Assembly (NCBI RefSeq): GCF_009914755.1
Contig: NC_060931.1
DNA length: 64,000 bases
From: the human T2T-CHM13v2.0 reference genome, Homo sapiens
Reading direction: 5' to 3' (one strand)
In this document: positions 1 to 13,731 of the stretch, one piece after another
How positions within the stretch are numbered: the first letter of the stretch is position 1
Layout: each line of letters opens with the position of its first letter
Program-made: the position numbers and the translations under genes
Notes under the pieces: model-generated
Database searches by the model: none
Seen by the model: only the letters and a program-made list of their open reading frames with translations
What the model was told of the DNA's origin: nothing

Positions 1-210
1 AGACTGGGCAATATAGCGAGACCTGGTGTCTACAAAATAAATAAATTTTAAAAATTAGCCAGGCATGGTGGCATGTGCCTGTAGTCCCAGTTATTTTTGA
101 GGCTGAGGCAAGAGGATTGCTTGAGCCCAGGAGGTCAAGGCTGCAGTGAGATGTGTTCGTGCCACCGTGCTCCAGCCTAGGAGACAGAGCAAGACCCTTT
201 CTCCAAAAAA
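1..210 (+). mobile_element. Alu (AluJ-like), truncated by window start
   Basis: Linker plus right arm with J-type gaggattgcttgagcccaggaggtcaaggctgcagtgag and a short A tail. Confidence 0.9.
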
Positions 211-384
211 CCCAAAAGACTTCTAAGATGCTCATTCCATTGATCAGTTCTCAGTCCTCATCTTTCTTGACCTCTGGCAGCATCTGATGCAGTTGGTTAT
301 TCTCCACTGCATGATATACTTTCTTCACGTGGGTTGAGGACAACACCTCTCCTACATCTCTCTCCCCTCACAGCGCTTCATTGC

Positions 385-500
385 TGGTTTCTTCTCATCT
401 ATAAAATGGGGGAAAGAAGAGTACCTGCCTTATAGACTACTGTGATGATTAAATGCAAAGTACCTGGAAAAATGCCTACCACATAGTAAGCACTATATCC
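385..500. mobile_element. MIR fragment, embedded in probable L2-derived sequence (~230-900)
   Basis: Core tttcttctcatctataaaatgggg...cacatagtaagcact resembles the MIR core. Confidence 0.6.
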
Positions 501-2906
501 GTGTTTCCTATTATGTTTTATTGTTATTATTTCCTGGCCAACCCAACTCACGTTAGGCATCACAGGCCCCAGTCTTTGGATTTACTTTCTCTATATTTTC
601 TCCCCTTGTTGATTTCAACTAGTCCCAGGGCTTTAAAAAAACTCTCTCTATGCTGCTGACTACCAGATGCCCAGGCTTCCTCTCTCCTCATCTCTGGACT
701 GACCTAAACAACTGCCTGGGGCATCCCAAGGCTCTACTGGAGGTCTCCCAGGCTTCTCATATTTAATATATCCAAAATAAAAATCTTAGTCCTTCCACCA
801 ACTCCTTCTTTGCTAGTTGTCTCATCCCAATAGGTTATACCTTCATGTTCTTGCAGTAACTTGGGCCAAGACCTTTCAAATTATGTTCGAAATCTAAATG
901 CTTCTCAACACAATGCCACATTCCAAAAAGCAAAACACAGCTGGCACTTACGTTTGATGGCTTAATTTGAGAAATAAATTAGTATAGTATGCAGCACAAT
1001 TCTGGTTCTCTTTGTAACATTTTTATCAACAGGGCAATCTTATTTATCTGGCCCACCTGTGCCCCCTTAGTTTTTAGAATATTTTTCTCAGCTAGCTTGT
1101 CCATAGGAACATTTTCAATGTCCCAAGGATTATCTAGCCTCTTGGACTGTTTACCTGTTGTAGAAGTTTCCAGGTTATCAGGAGATACATCTGGATATTT
1201 CTACATTCTAGAAAATCTCTCAGTCCTTCTGCCACGTGGGCCTTGGGTCCCAGTTTTTTGTGTTCAGGTGTCTGTTTCCTGACCTGTCCCATCTCTAAGG
1301 CCATGATAGAGAGGCTCAGTTATTTGTTCTTAGATCTCCAGCTATATTTTATCTAGCTTTTAGTCAAAATCTTTTTATTTGATGTAACCCAGATGTCATT
1401 TGAGGCCATCCTTTCTTATGGAGATTTATGTAACTGATCCATGTACTGATTTCTGAAAATTGCCGAGAATACTCCTTGGTAGTCTCCTCTTGTCTGAATG
1501 TCTGTAGGTCTGCTCTCTTCATCTTATTTTAGCCCATATGCAGACAGCTCTGCTCCTTCTTGACTTCATGAGCTTATTAAATTCTCTGTACACATGAAGA
1601 TTTAAGAGATGGGACCATGCCTCAATTACAAAGCCTTCTAGTGCCTTGCCAGCTCTACCCTCTGGAGGTCCACACCTTTGACTGTGGCTGTCCCTCCTGT
1701 GTACAATGGGAGAAGAGGCAGTTATTCTGTGGCAAGAGCCACCGCTCTGCGTGTGAGCGGCCCTGCCAGCCTGTCTGCCTTCCCTAGCCTGACATTCTGG
1801 GAAATGAAGTTTTCTCCATTTTTATCTTGACTATACAAAATCCACCTGCTCCTAATTACCTAGTGTCTAAAGCACCCTTAGTCCTAAACACTGTGGTTTC
1901 TTTCTGTGTTTTCTCTTTCATGATGCAGACCCAGCTCCTTAACTGCTTCAGCCCTCCCCTCTCAGCAATGCAAGAGATCAGCCTTATATTTTGTCTCGTT
2001 TACCCTCATTTGAAAGTTTCCCTCTACCTGTCTCTCAATATGGCTCCCATAGCACATTACCATTCATTGCCCTGGCCAGCAGCAACCCACTTGGGTCCTC
2101 ACAGATCTTTCTGAAAATCTTTCACTATTTCTCCAACGCAAATCTTTCACTGTTTCTCCAGTGCCTTTAAGTGACAGTAATAGCATTAGTCATAGCTAAC
2201 ATCTCTTGAGTATTTTCCATGTTCTAGGCATTATACTTTTACCCATTTATATTTATAATCCCTTTTAAATCCTTGCAGAATCCAATAAGGTTGGTAATAT
2301 GATTATTATTTTTACTAGATGAGGGAATTGGAACATAGGATAATTAACTTGCCTAAAAGGGATATGCCTGGTATCTGAATACTCACAGTCTGGCTCCAGA
2401 GCTATTGTACCTCTCAGTGATATTTAATAGATTTTTCTTGAGTCAATGAAAGGTATGGAGGGAAAGAGGAAGAGAAGTTGAAGAAATAGACAAAACTTAA
2501 GACTGAGCAGGATGTCCCTTTCTCCTCTTAGTATGGGCATTCTCTGTCTATGCAGCATCCCATTCAAGGAATTGCAGCCCATGTTGAAGGTAAAAATGCC
2601 ATCACCTCCTTCCATTAAATGTTAAAATAGTCAAGTCTTTATTTTTATATTCTAGGATACTAAGGCTATGCTAAAATAAAAAAGAATACTTCCCATTTTT
2701 ATAATTCCTCCAGGAAAAGGGAGGGTATTTTTAATAAATATGCTTCAAAACATATTCAAAATATGTATGGGCTTATGAATTTTAAAGAAAATTACACAGA
2801 ATAAACAGCTTCCTAATAATTTGCATTTTGCAGTGGTTTGCATTTGTCAATGTGCATTCATATTCAATGAACACATTTAATTTCATCAACATTCTTTTTA
2901 TGGTAG

Positions 2907-3023
2907 ATTTGTATTTCTTGGGGAAGCTATCACACTGAAGCCATCAGTTGGAATATTTATTACTATGAACCCGGGTTATGCTGGTCGAACCGAATTACCG
3001 GAAAATCTCAAAGCTCTTTTCAG
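2907..3023 (+). CDS. DNAH11: DNAH11 exon (~35), AAA1: (R)[38 protein letters not shown](R)
   Basis: Acceptor tggtag|A. Dynein hallmark [21 protein letters not shown]. Ends CAG|gcaagt, a GC donor. 117 nt, phase 2-2. Confidence 0.95.
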
Positions 3024-3309
3024 GCAAGTGTTATGCTTTGTGGCTTAGCATCTGGTGCACTCATGCCACCTAATGTTGTTGGTTTGCACTGTTAAGTGGT
3101 TTGCTTTTACTTGAAAATTCCTAAGGAAAATCCTATATGATTTCCTTGGGCTCCTTTTATAGACAGAACTTTCACCATGATAAATTAACCCTTTTGAATT
3201 ATAAAACCAGGACTCAAAATCAGTATTTAAAAGTTACGTGGTATATTTGCATATTTACTGTTAGCTATTTTGTAATGCATATTTTTATTATAAACATAAT
3301 CTTTCATAA

Positions 3310-3669
3310 TTTTTTTTTTCTTTTTTTTTTTTTAACAGTCAAAGTGCATTTTATTGCCAACAGAACACTTCAGGAGGAAATGCTAACACAAAGCCAAGGC
3401 GCTGGTGCTGGCTCATTTTTGCTCCTCCTGACCTTGGCCAGTATTTGGTAGCCTTTCCAGAGCACAGGGTGAAAGGCTAAAGGGCTAGGGCTGGGGTGGG
3501 GGGAGCAGGAGGGCATGGCAGCTGCTGGCTCTGTCCTCCCAGCCTGGTCCCACCCCTCCTGCCGCTCTCCTTGGGCTCAAGGGACACACATTCGTTCAAA
3601 TCTGACGGGCAAAGCCAGGGCCTAGCCCACTCTAGCCGCAGGGTCCCCTCCCTGAGGGCCCTGGTCCAG
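3310..3669 (-). pseudogene. 5'-truncated processed-mRNA retrocopy (3'UTR only), parent gene not identified
   Basis: Poly(T) at 3310-3333. AATAAA on the minus strand (tttatt 3350-3355) 16 nt from the tail. GC-rich non-TE body in an AT-rich intron. 12-bp direct repeat AATCTTTCATAA at 3298-3309 and 3670-3681. Confidence 0.85.
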
Positions 3670-4359
3670 AATCTTTCATAAATTATGAGCTGTTTGGAAA
3701 ATATAGAAAAGAATAAAGAAAAAGTTACATCACCATCCAGAAATAATGATTGTTATGTTTTCTAGCCTCCTTTTATAATTTATATTTTGTGGGATTAAGA
3801 TATTACAGTAGGCATGATTTTTCTTTAGTTCTCTTCATTTAATATTTTGACATATTTTATCATATTATTAAACAACCTTTAGAAATATCATTTTATGTAG
3901 CTCTAAAATAGTCCCTCTCATGCCTTGTTCATAAATTTCTTAACCATTCACTGTTGTCTGTTATGTAGGGTTTGTCTTTTCCTTTTTTTTATTATAATGA
4001 AGTAGCAGGCTGTAAACTTCTATTCACATGAAAAATTACTCTTATTTCAGAATAGATTTCTAAATGTAGAATTACTTAAGTGAATGATTAAAATCCCTAT
4101 TGATGACCTGCTTTTCAAAAGTACTCTGCCAATGTATGCACTTAGCAGGAGTCTGTAAGAGAACATGTGTTGCTATACCTAGTATCCGTTACGATTCACT
4201 TATAATTTAAGTCAACTTCATTCAGGTATCATTTTTTTGGTTCAGTTTTCCAGAAAACTCTGTATTGTAATTTTGCAGAATTGAAATATGGTTTATGTTT
4301 TATTAGAGAAAGAGAGATCAGGTTTAGAGATAAAATTGTAAGGTTTATCATCATACCAG

Positions 4360-5890
4360 GTGATAGTAAAAACATTCAGGTATAATTTAATACAATCAAG
4401 TGTACAGTTGGTGAAAGCATAACCACAATCAAAGTACAGAATATTTCCACACCCCCAGAAATTCTCTTCTGCCTCTTTGAAGTGAGCCTCCCATACCAAT
4501 AATGTACTTTCTGTGATTATAGATTAAATTTGTCATTCCTAGAGTTCATGTAAATGAAACCAGACAATATGTACGTTTTTGTGTCTGGCTTCTTTGAGCA
4601 TTGTGGTTTTGAGATTTATCCAAGTTGTTGAGCGTATCAGTAGTTTGCCCCTCTTTCTCACTGATTAGTATTCTATTATATAGACCTACTGCAATTTGTT
4701 GATCCATTCACTAGTTGATGGACACTTGGGCTGTTTCCAGGTTGGGGCTATTATGAATAAAGCGGCTATGAACATTCACGTGCGATGTTTACATGAACAT
4801 ATATTTTTATTTCTTTGGGACAGATATCTATGGCTGGAATTGCTAGTCTACATGGCAATTGTGTGCTTTGCTTATAAGAATCTGCCAGTCTGGTTTCCAA
4901 AGTGATTTTACAAGTTTACATCCTCACCATCAATGCATGAGAATTCTAGTTGCTCACATTCTTGTCAAAAATTGATACTGTCAGCCTTTTTTATTTTTAG
5001 CCAATCTAATAGATAGGTAGTACTGTGTCCTCCTAGGTTTAGTTTGCATCTCCATGATGGCTAATGATGTTGAGCCTCTTTTACATACTTATTGTCTATT
5101 GCTATACCATCTTTTGTGAAAAGCCGTATTCTGCATACAGTTCCTTTGTTAGATACATACATTGCAAATATTTTTTCTCTCAATTTGTGGCTTGCCTTTT
5201 CATTTTCTTTTGTCCATCAAAGATAGAAGTTTTAAATGTGATGAAATATAATTTATCAATTTGTTTTTGTTTTTAATATCCTATTCAAGAAAATTTGCTT
5301 AGCCCAAGCTTGCAAAAATTTTTAACTATGTTTTCTTTTATAAGCTTTGTTGTTCTATAGTTTTCGTATGGGTTTTCTCCTTTATTCTGTTAATGTGCTG
5401 AACTATATTGATTGATTTTCAAATGCTAAACAGTCCTTCGGTGTTGCATTCCAGGGATAAGCTCCGCTTGGTCAGGAGGTATTTTATTAATAGGTACTGC
5501 TGGATTCAATATGACACTCTTTTGTTAAGGAATTTTTAAAAATCTATGCCATGAGGGTTATTGTTCTACACTGTCCTTGTAAAATTTTTGTCTGGCTTTG
5601 GCATCAGAGTAGTGCTGACATCATGAAGTAAGTTGACAAGTGTCTTCTCTATCTGCTTAAGAGTTTGTGTAGAATTGCTATTATTTACTCCTGAAGTATT
5701 TGATTGAATTAATCAGTTAGGCCATTTGGACCTAGAGATTTTTATTGGAATCTTTTTAATAATGAATTTAATTCCTTTAATAGATACAGGGATTTTCTGA
5801 TTTTTAATTTTTTTATTGATTTGATTTTGGTAATTTAAATCTTTTAAGGAACTTATTGGTGTTATCTAGTTGAATCCATTGGCACACACT
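4360..5890 (-). mobile_element. Old L1M (L1MB/MD/ME-type) 3'UTR and ORF2 fragments, resuming after 8122
   Basis: Antisense L1 motifs such as gttgatggacacttgggctgtttccag and gctatgaacattc; decayed. Confidence 0.75.
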
Positions 5891-5897
5891 GGTTCAT

Positions 5898-6294
5898 TGT
5901 ATTAGTCCATTCTCACACTGCTATAAGTAACTACCTGTGAATGGGTAATTTATGAAGAAAAGAGGTTTAATTGACTCAAAGTTCCAGAGGCTGTACAGGA
6001 AGCATGGCTAGGAGGCCTCAGGAAACTTACACTGATGGCAGAAGGCTAAGGGGAAGCAAGCATGTCTTACAAGGTGGACCAGGAGAGAGAACACGCGCGA
6101 GGTGGGGAAGTGCCACGCACTTTCAACCCATCGTATCTCATGAGAACTCACTCACCATCATGAAAACCACCATTCATGAAGAATGGGGAAAATCTGCTCC
6201 CATGATCCAGTCACCTTCCACCAGGTCCCTCCCCCAACATTGAACTACAATTCAACATGAGATTTGGGTTGGGACACAGAGCCAAACCATATCA
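5898..6294 (-). mobile_element. MaLR solo LTR (MSTA-like)
   Basis: tgtattagtccattctcacactgct...ccaaaccatatca. Exact 5-bp TSD TTCAT at 5893-5897 and 6295-6299. Confidence 0.9.
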
Positions 6295-6315
6295 TTCATA
6301 ATATTCCCTTATTAT

Positions 6316-8106
<1,791 letters not shown>

Positions 8107-8809
8107 AATATTCCCTTATTATCTGTAGTGATGTCTTGAATTCCATACCTGATACATGGGTAACTTGTATCTTCTCTCTCTTCCTATTTCCTTGATGATA
8201 AGCTAGAGGATTATCAGTTTTATTTTGGGGTTTTATTTAGGGTGCTCAATATGTGTGCTCAATACTATTCAGTATGCTTTTAAAATAATATTCCACTTCA
8301 CATATAATCTAAGAATGTCTACAGTTTTTAGTGTGATCTCTTTCCGTTCTTTCCAACTTAAAGTTTGCTTGTCCATCCATCTGGGTATTTAACCATATTT
8401 CATTTGTATTTTCTTCTAATTTTTATAGTATTACTGTTCTTATTAAATTTAATCTGATGAGAACTTATTTTAGTTGGTAATATGAAATGAGTGTTTAAAC
8501 AATTATTTTCCCTAATAGTTAATCAATTGTGCTAACATCTTGTATTGAATGTTTTTCTTTCCTCATAACAGCTTTCTCTAGCATAATAATTTTATAATGT
8601 CTAACTTTCTTGAAAAATTCTAGATAGAGAATAACCATTCTAGAAATCAATGTAATAACTACAGAATAGCTTTGTTTGAAAACTGTGTGCATTTCCAGTA
8701 TCCTATTTGTGACCCAATTTATCTCATACTTTCTTTCATTTGGGTCTTGAAATTTGAAATTGTCTTGTGAATTTTTTTAATAACTTTTGTTTAATGGGTG
8801 ACGAAAGCA

Positions 8810-9045
8810 TTACTCATGTGTGGAGGCCATATGCTTGTGCCTTTGGAGTATTCTGATTCCACCACTCACCAACCATGAGGCCTACAGCATGTGCTTGAAC
8901 TTCTGGGAACATCAGTCTGCCTCTCTGTAAAATGAAGATAAGAGGAGTGGGTACCTCATAGTGTTGTGGGGATTAAGTGAGAGAGTGCATAAAAAGATTT
9001 TAGCACCCAATATGGTATGAAGTGCTCAGTAAAAATTAGTTGTCT
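8810..9045. mobile_element. MIR
   Basis: ctctctgtaaaatgaagataa...gtacctcatagtgttgtggggattaagtgag...agtgctcagtaaa. Confidence 0.7.
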
Positions 9046-9503
9046 ATATTAATGTAGATATAAAATACATAGATATGCTAGTCTTTGCTCTCTCCATTTA
9101 CTCTTCATCTTCTGGTGTCATGTGAAGAGTAATAACTGTGTGAAAAAATATGGGGTTAGTTTAGATAGAAGAGATATAGAATAACCTAGATCCAAAGATA
9201 CTTTAAGGTTAGATGTTTAGGATGAAAATCAGGTATGCATGAAGTAGACTGCAATTATATTTACAAAAACAGGTAGGTATTATTGGAATGTATACTTTAA
9301 GAAGTCTAAAATAATGAGCTTATTTATTTACTCTTCCTTCTTTGCACTTGACTTCAGTTGAGTGGAATTTTTTCAAACGTTGCTGTGAATAGCAATTGTC
9401 TTTGGAGAGGGACTTTTTGGAAGTCCCTCTCCAAAAGAAAGGGGATTTGAAGCTATGTTTTTCTAAATGTCCCCTTTAAAAGTCTATCCCAGTTGGTCCT
9501 AGG

Positions 9504-9878
9504 CAGTGGTGTGCTGGCAGTGGCTGGCACAAGCTCTCAGTAGCTGATGGTTAAGTTTTCATGAATGTTCTGAGTTGGTTCTTTAGTTTAATGAAAACTA
9601 AATTGTATCAACTTTTGATTCAATAAGTTGGATTAAAAACAAAGGTGATAAACACCCCAAACTGGTCACTTTATAATTATTTATTTTACTGGTATTTATG
9701 CTCTTGAGGTTATTTCTGTCTATTGTGTCTGTATGGTGGTATACTTCTCAGCTCCACATTTAGTGATATTGTGTTGGTATCTTGGAATCAGCCATGGTGG
9801 AAGAATTTATTCCATGGAAATAAGCAAGTGCTATTTTCTAGACAGCCGGTTGTGAAAACATTAACCAGCACACCATTA
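9504..9878. mobile_element. hAT DNA transposon fossil (MER63-like)
   Basis: Terminal inverted repeats cagtggtgtgctgg (9504) and ccagcacaccatta (9865-9878). Confidence 0.7.
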
Positions 9879-10216
9879 ACCACAGGTAAAGCCTCGCCCC
9901 TTGCTCAAAACATCATTATTCCTCTTTCTGCAGTGACAACTTACACCAGACGTTTACAGAATGTATTCATGGATTTTCTTTGAACTCCTACACCTGTGCT
10001 TCTGCCATTCCAGACTTTCTATCATTTTTTGTGTCCAGTAATGAGTGGACATTTTTTTAGTTGAAGTGAAGGGTCTTATTAGCTGTGATTGACAGACATA
10101 ATTATGATCTGCTTAGGAATGGTTAAAATGTTGGTACGAAATAACCACTTGATTTCAGCAATTTGTACTTATCACCTTGTCACATTTTAAAACTAAAATT
10201 CTTATTTACTTTTTAG

Positions 10217-10355
10217 ACCCTGTGCCATGGTGGCCCCTGACATTGAGCTAATCTGTGAAATCTTGTTAGTTGCTGAAGGTTTTGTGGATGCGCGTGCATT
10301 AGCCCGAAAGTTCATTACGTTGTACACGCTTTGCAAGGAGCTTCTCTCCAAGCAG
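10217..10355 (+). CDS. DNAH11: DNAH11 exon (~36): [46 protein letters not shown]
   Basis: ttttag|A ... CAG|gtgagg. 139 nt. Continues the LFRP motif in frame. Confidence 0.96.
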
Positions 10356-10461
10356 GTGAGGGATCATTTGTTACGTTTTCTTGTTTTTACATACCATTGA
10401 AAAAGCTTTTGAAGTATGGATTTTAGGTAATTTATCATTCAAATTACATTAGACATTAAAA

Positions 10462-11029
10462 TTTTTTTGTACTTAAAAAAATTCAATAGTTTGGGGGAAC
10501 AGGTGTTTTTTGGTTACATGGATAAGTTCTTTAGTGGTAATTTTTGAGATCTTGGTGCACCTGAGGAGTGTACACAGTACCCAGTGTGTAGTCTTTTATC
10601 CCTCACCCACCTCCCACCTTTTCTCCCAAGTCCCTGTAGGCCATTATATCATTCTTATGCCTTTGCATCCTCATAGCTTAGCTCCCACTTATAAGTGAGA
10701 ACATACGATATTTGGCTTTCCATTCCTGAGTTACTTTACTAGAATAATGGTCTCCACCTCCATCCAGGTTGCTGCAAATGCCATTATTTCATGCCTTTTT
10801 ATGACTGAGTAATATTCCATGGTGTATATATACCACAGTTTCTTTATCCACTCATTGGCTGATGGACATTTAGGCTAGTCCATATTTTTGCAATTGCAAA
10901 TTGTGCTTCTATAAATAGGCATGTTCAAGTGTCTTTTTCATATAATGACTACTTTTCCTCTGGGCAGATACCCAGTAGTGGGATTGCTAGATCAAATGGA
11001 GATTCCTTTAAAAACTAAAACTACCATTT
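10462..11029 (-). mobile_element. L1PB-like 3' fragment with a ~30-bp terminal inversion
   Basis: Antisense L1PB 3'UTR (ggttacatggataagttctttagtggt). The last ~30 bp are the adjacent L1 sequence in sense orientation. Confidence 0.8.
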
Positions 11030-12714
11030 CATTTGACGTTAGAAATATTTTTATATTTTCTATAAAATTCGAAAAACTTATTTTATAATTTTTATTTTTT
11101 TCTGAAATTTTGAGATATTTTAGTTCTGATATTTTATTTGTATTAATACTTTTTTAAATCAACGAGCTGTGTGATTTTCTTTGTCAATTTTGTAATCATA
11201 AATGGAATTTTATGTTGCCTCCCTTTCTTCGTGAAAATATTATTTTCTAATAAGATAGGGCAGGAGTGTTCAAAAGAGTAAGATAAGGCTAATTTTCTGA
11301 AGAGTATCTCAAGGAATGTTAAAATTATTCTCATTTATTGGTAATTCTTTATTTAAAGGTAGGGTTGACTGGTTTTTTGTTCTTTTAAATTTGTGCTCTA
11401 CAATTTCCTTGTCTCTAAAATGGGTCAGATTTACATACTCTCTACTCTCCAATCATAAGCTTCTTGAAGATCTATTGAAGTTGCTGATAAGCCACAGAAA
11501 TTACATATATATCAGCATCAATATTTTAAAATTCAGCCATATGATCATTTTTGACTTTTGGTCTTTTGATAACATTTCATTAATTACTGGTGACATTATT
11601 CTGTAGTCAAAATGAAAGCATCAGAATACCACAGTTGCAACCACACAGTTACCTTACTGCCACGTATTTATTTTAACTTGCTCATTGTTAGGGCAAAATA
11701 TGGAATATGAGAGTGATTTATGTTGTCCTTTTAGTAACTGTGAATTTACATTGGGTGGGTGGAATCATAATTTTTAACAGTTGTCTCTGGATAGTAAGAT
11801 TATGGGTGTTTTTATTTTTTTCCTTATTCTTAAAATCTTTTTTTAATGAGCCTATTTTAATTTTATCATGGTAACAAGTCAGAAGAAAAAAATGTAATAG
11901 AGCCCAGGGAATGTGGAGTTTCAACTATATCTATTTTCAGTAGTAATATTTAAACATTTAATGAGCATCTAGTATAACTAATAATGTGCTTTTTGCTGAC
12001 CATGTTGAATGTGTAAGATTCAAAACAAATGAAACAAACACCCAGATTTCTGACTTTGAAGAATTTAGGTAATTCAGTTTACATGACATAAAAATTGGGA
12101 GACAATGGAGAATGAAAAGATTATCAGAGTTTTCAAGGAAGAAAGGAACCAATATTTATTGAATGAGTACTATGTGTTATGTTACAAAACTGTCAAAAGA
12201 AGTTTACAAATTTGATTTTATTAGCCCTGTTTTACATATGAGAAAACTGAGCAAAACAACCTGTCCCAAGTCCATATAGCTAACAAGGGATAAGGGCAAG
12301 ATTTGACTTCAGTTCTAATTCTGTCTAGGACACACCTGTAGCCAATTACAAGAGGAAGGTGTTGGGAGTACAGGTAGAACAAAGAAGGAAAGAGTTTGCT
12401 AACTCAGAAATGTCACAAATGAGCAAAAAGAAATCTGGCCAGGACAGAAGAGCTGGGTTAGGAACACAATTCAAGGATAACTTCCTGTGCTACAGAAATG
12501 GGTTTGGGAAAAGAATCAGCAGACATTTTTGACCATTGGAATGATATAATGAAAATGGTGAAGATACTTTTAGCTATTTGCATTGTTTAAATGTTTAGCA
12601 GAGGCACCAAGTCCTCTGAAATCTGTGGTCCAAAATTTCTTCTGCATCCACTCCTTTTATTGTTACTGCAATAACTTAGCCACCTCCCATTGTTGCCCTC
12701 AAAGTTCTTATTCT

Positions 12715-13265
12715 CAGAAACACCATTTGACCCAGCAATCCCCTTTCTAGGTATATACCCAAAGAATTATAAATCATTCTACTATAAAGACACATGCACA
12801 CATATGTTTACTGCAGCACTATTTACAGTAGCAAAGACTTGGAACCAACCCAAATGGCCATCAATGATAGACTGGATCAAGAAAATATGGTACATATACA
12901 CCATGGAATACTATGCAGCCATGAAAAAGGATGAGTTCATGTCCTTTGCAGAGACATGGACGAGGATGGAAACCATAATTCTCAGCAAACTAATACAGGA
13001 ATAAGAAACCAAACACCACATATTCTCACTCATAAGTAGGAGTTGAACAGTGAGAACATATGGGCACAAGGAGGGGAACATCACACACTGGAGCCTGTTG
13101 GGGGTGGAGGGCTAGGGGAGGGATAGCATTAGAAGAAATACCTAATGTAGATAACAGGTTGATGGGTACAGCAAACCACCATGGTACGTGTATACCTATG
13201 TAACAAATGTGCACATTCTGCACATGTGTCCCGAAACTTAAACAACAACAACAACAACAACAAAA
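12715..13265 (+). mobile_element. L1PA 3' end with (AAC)n tail
   Basis: ORF 12690..13004 reads as the L1 ORF2 C-terminus (PFDPAIPFLGIYPK...). 3'UTR is followed by an aacaacaac tail. Confidence 0.9.
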
Positions 13266-13431
13266 CCTCTGGTTCTTTCCCCTCCCTTTCCTCTTCAAGC
13301 CTCAGCCTACTCCATCAGTGGCTTTCAAATGATCTTTTCCATGGCCCACAGTAAAAAATAATTCTTCTATTGTGACTCAGTGCATACACACATGTACAAC
13401 TGAACCAAAAATTTCACCAAACACTTTTTAC

Positions 13432-13731
13432 TTTTTTTTTTTTTTTTTTGAGACAGTGCCTCGCTTTGTTACCCAGGCTGGAGTACAGTAATGTGATCAT
13501 AGCTCACCACAGCCTCGACCTTCCTGGCTCAAGCGATCTTTCCATCTCAGCCTCCTAAGTAAATGAGACTCTAGGCGTGCACCATCACGCCCAGCTAATT
13601 TTTGTATTTTTTGCAGGAGTGGGGTTTCCCCCTGTTGCCCAGGCTGGTCTGGAACTCCTGGGCTGAAGCAATCTGCCCGCCTCAGCCTTCCAAAGTGCTG
13701 AGATGACAGGCATGAGCCACCACACTCAGCC
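13432..13731 (-). mobile_element. AluJ-like
   Basis: T-tail plus a full antisense dimer with J-type features. Flanking cacttttt direct repeat. Confidence 0.92.

Noticed and set aside
3028-3033. Canonical GT donor 4 nt downstream of the first GC donor
   Set aside because: It shifts the frame relative to the next exon and destroys the conserved LFRP motif. I saw no compensating acceptor, unlike the 19977/22695 case.
3137-3681. ORFs overlapping the retrocopy as remnants of the parent protein
   Set aside because: They lie on the strand opposite to the retrocopy's poly(A) signal and tail, and the insert looks like pure 3'UTR.
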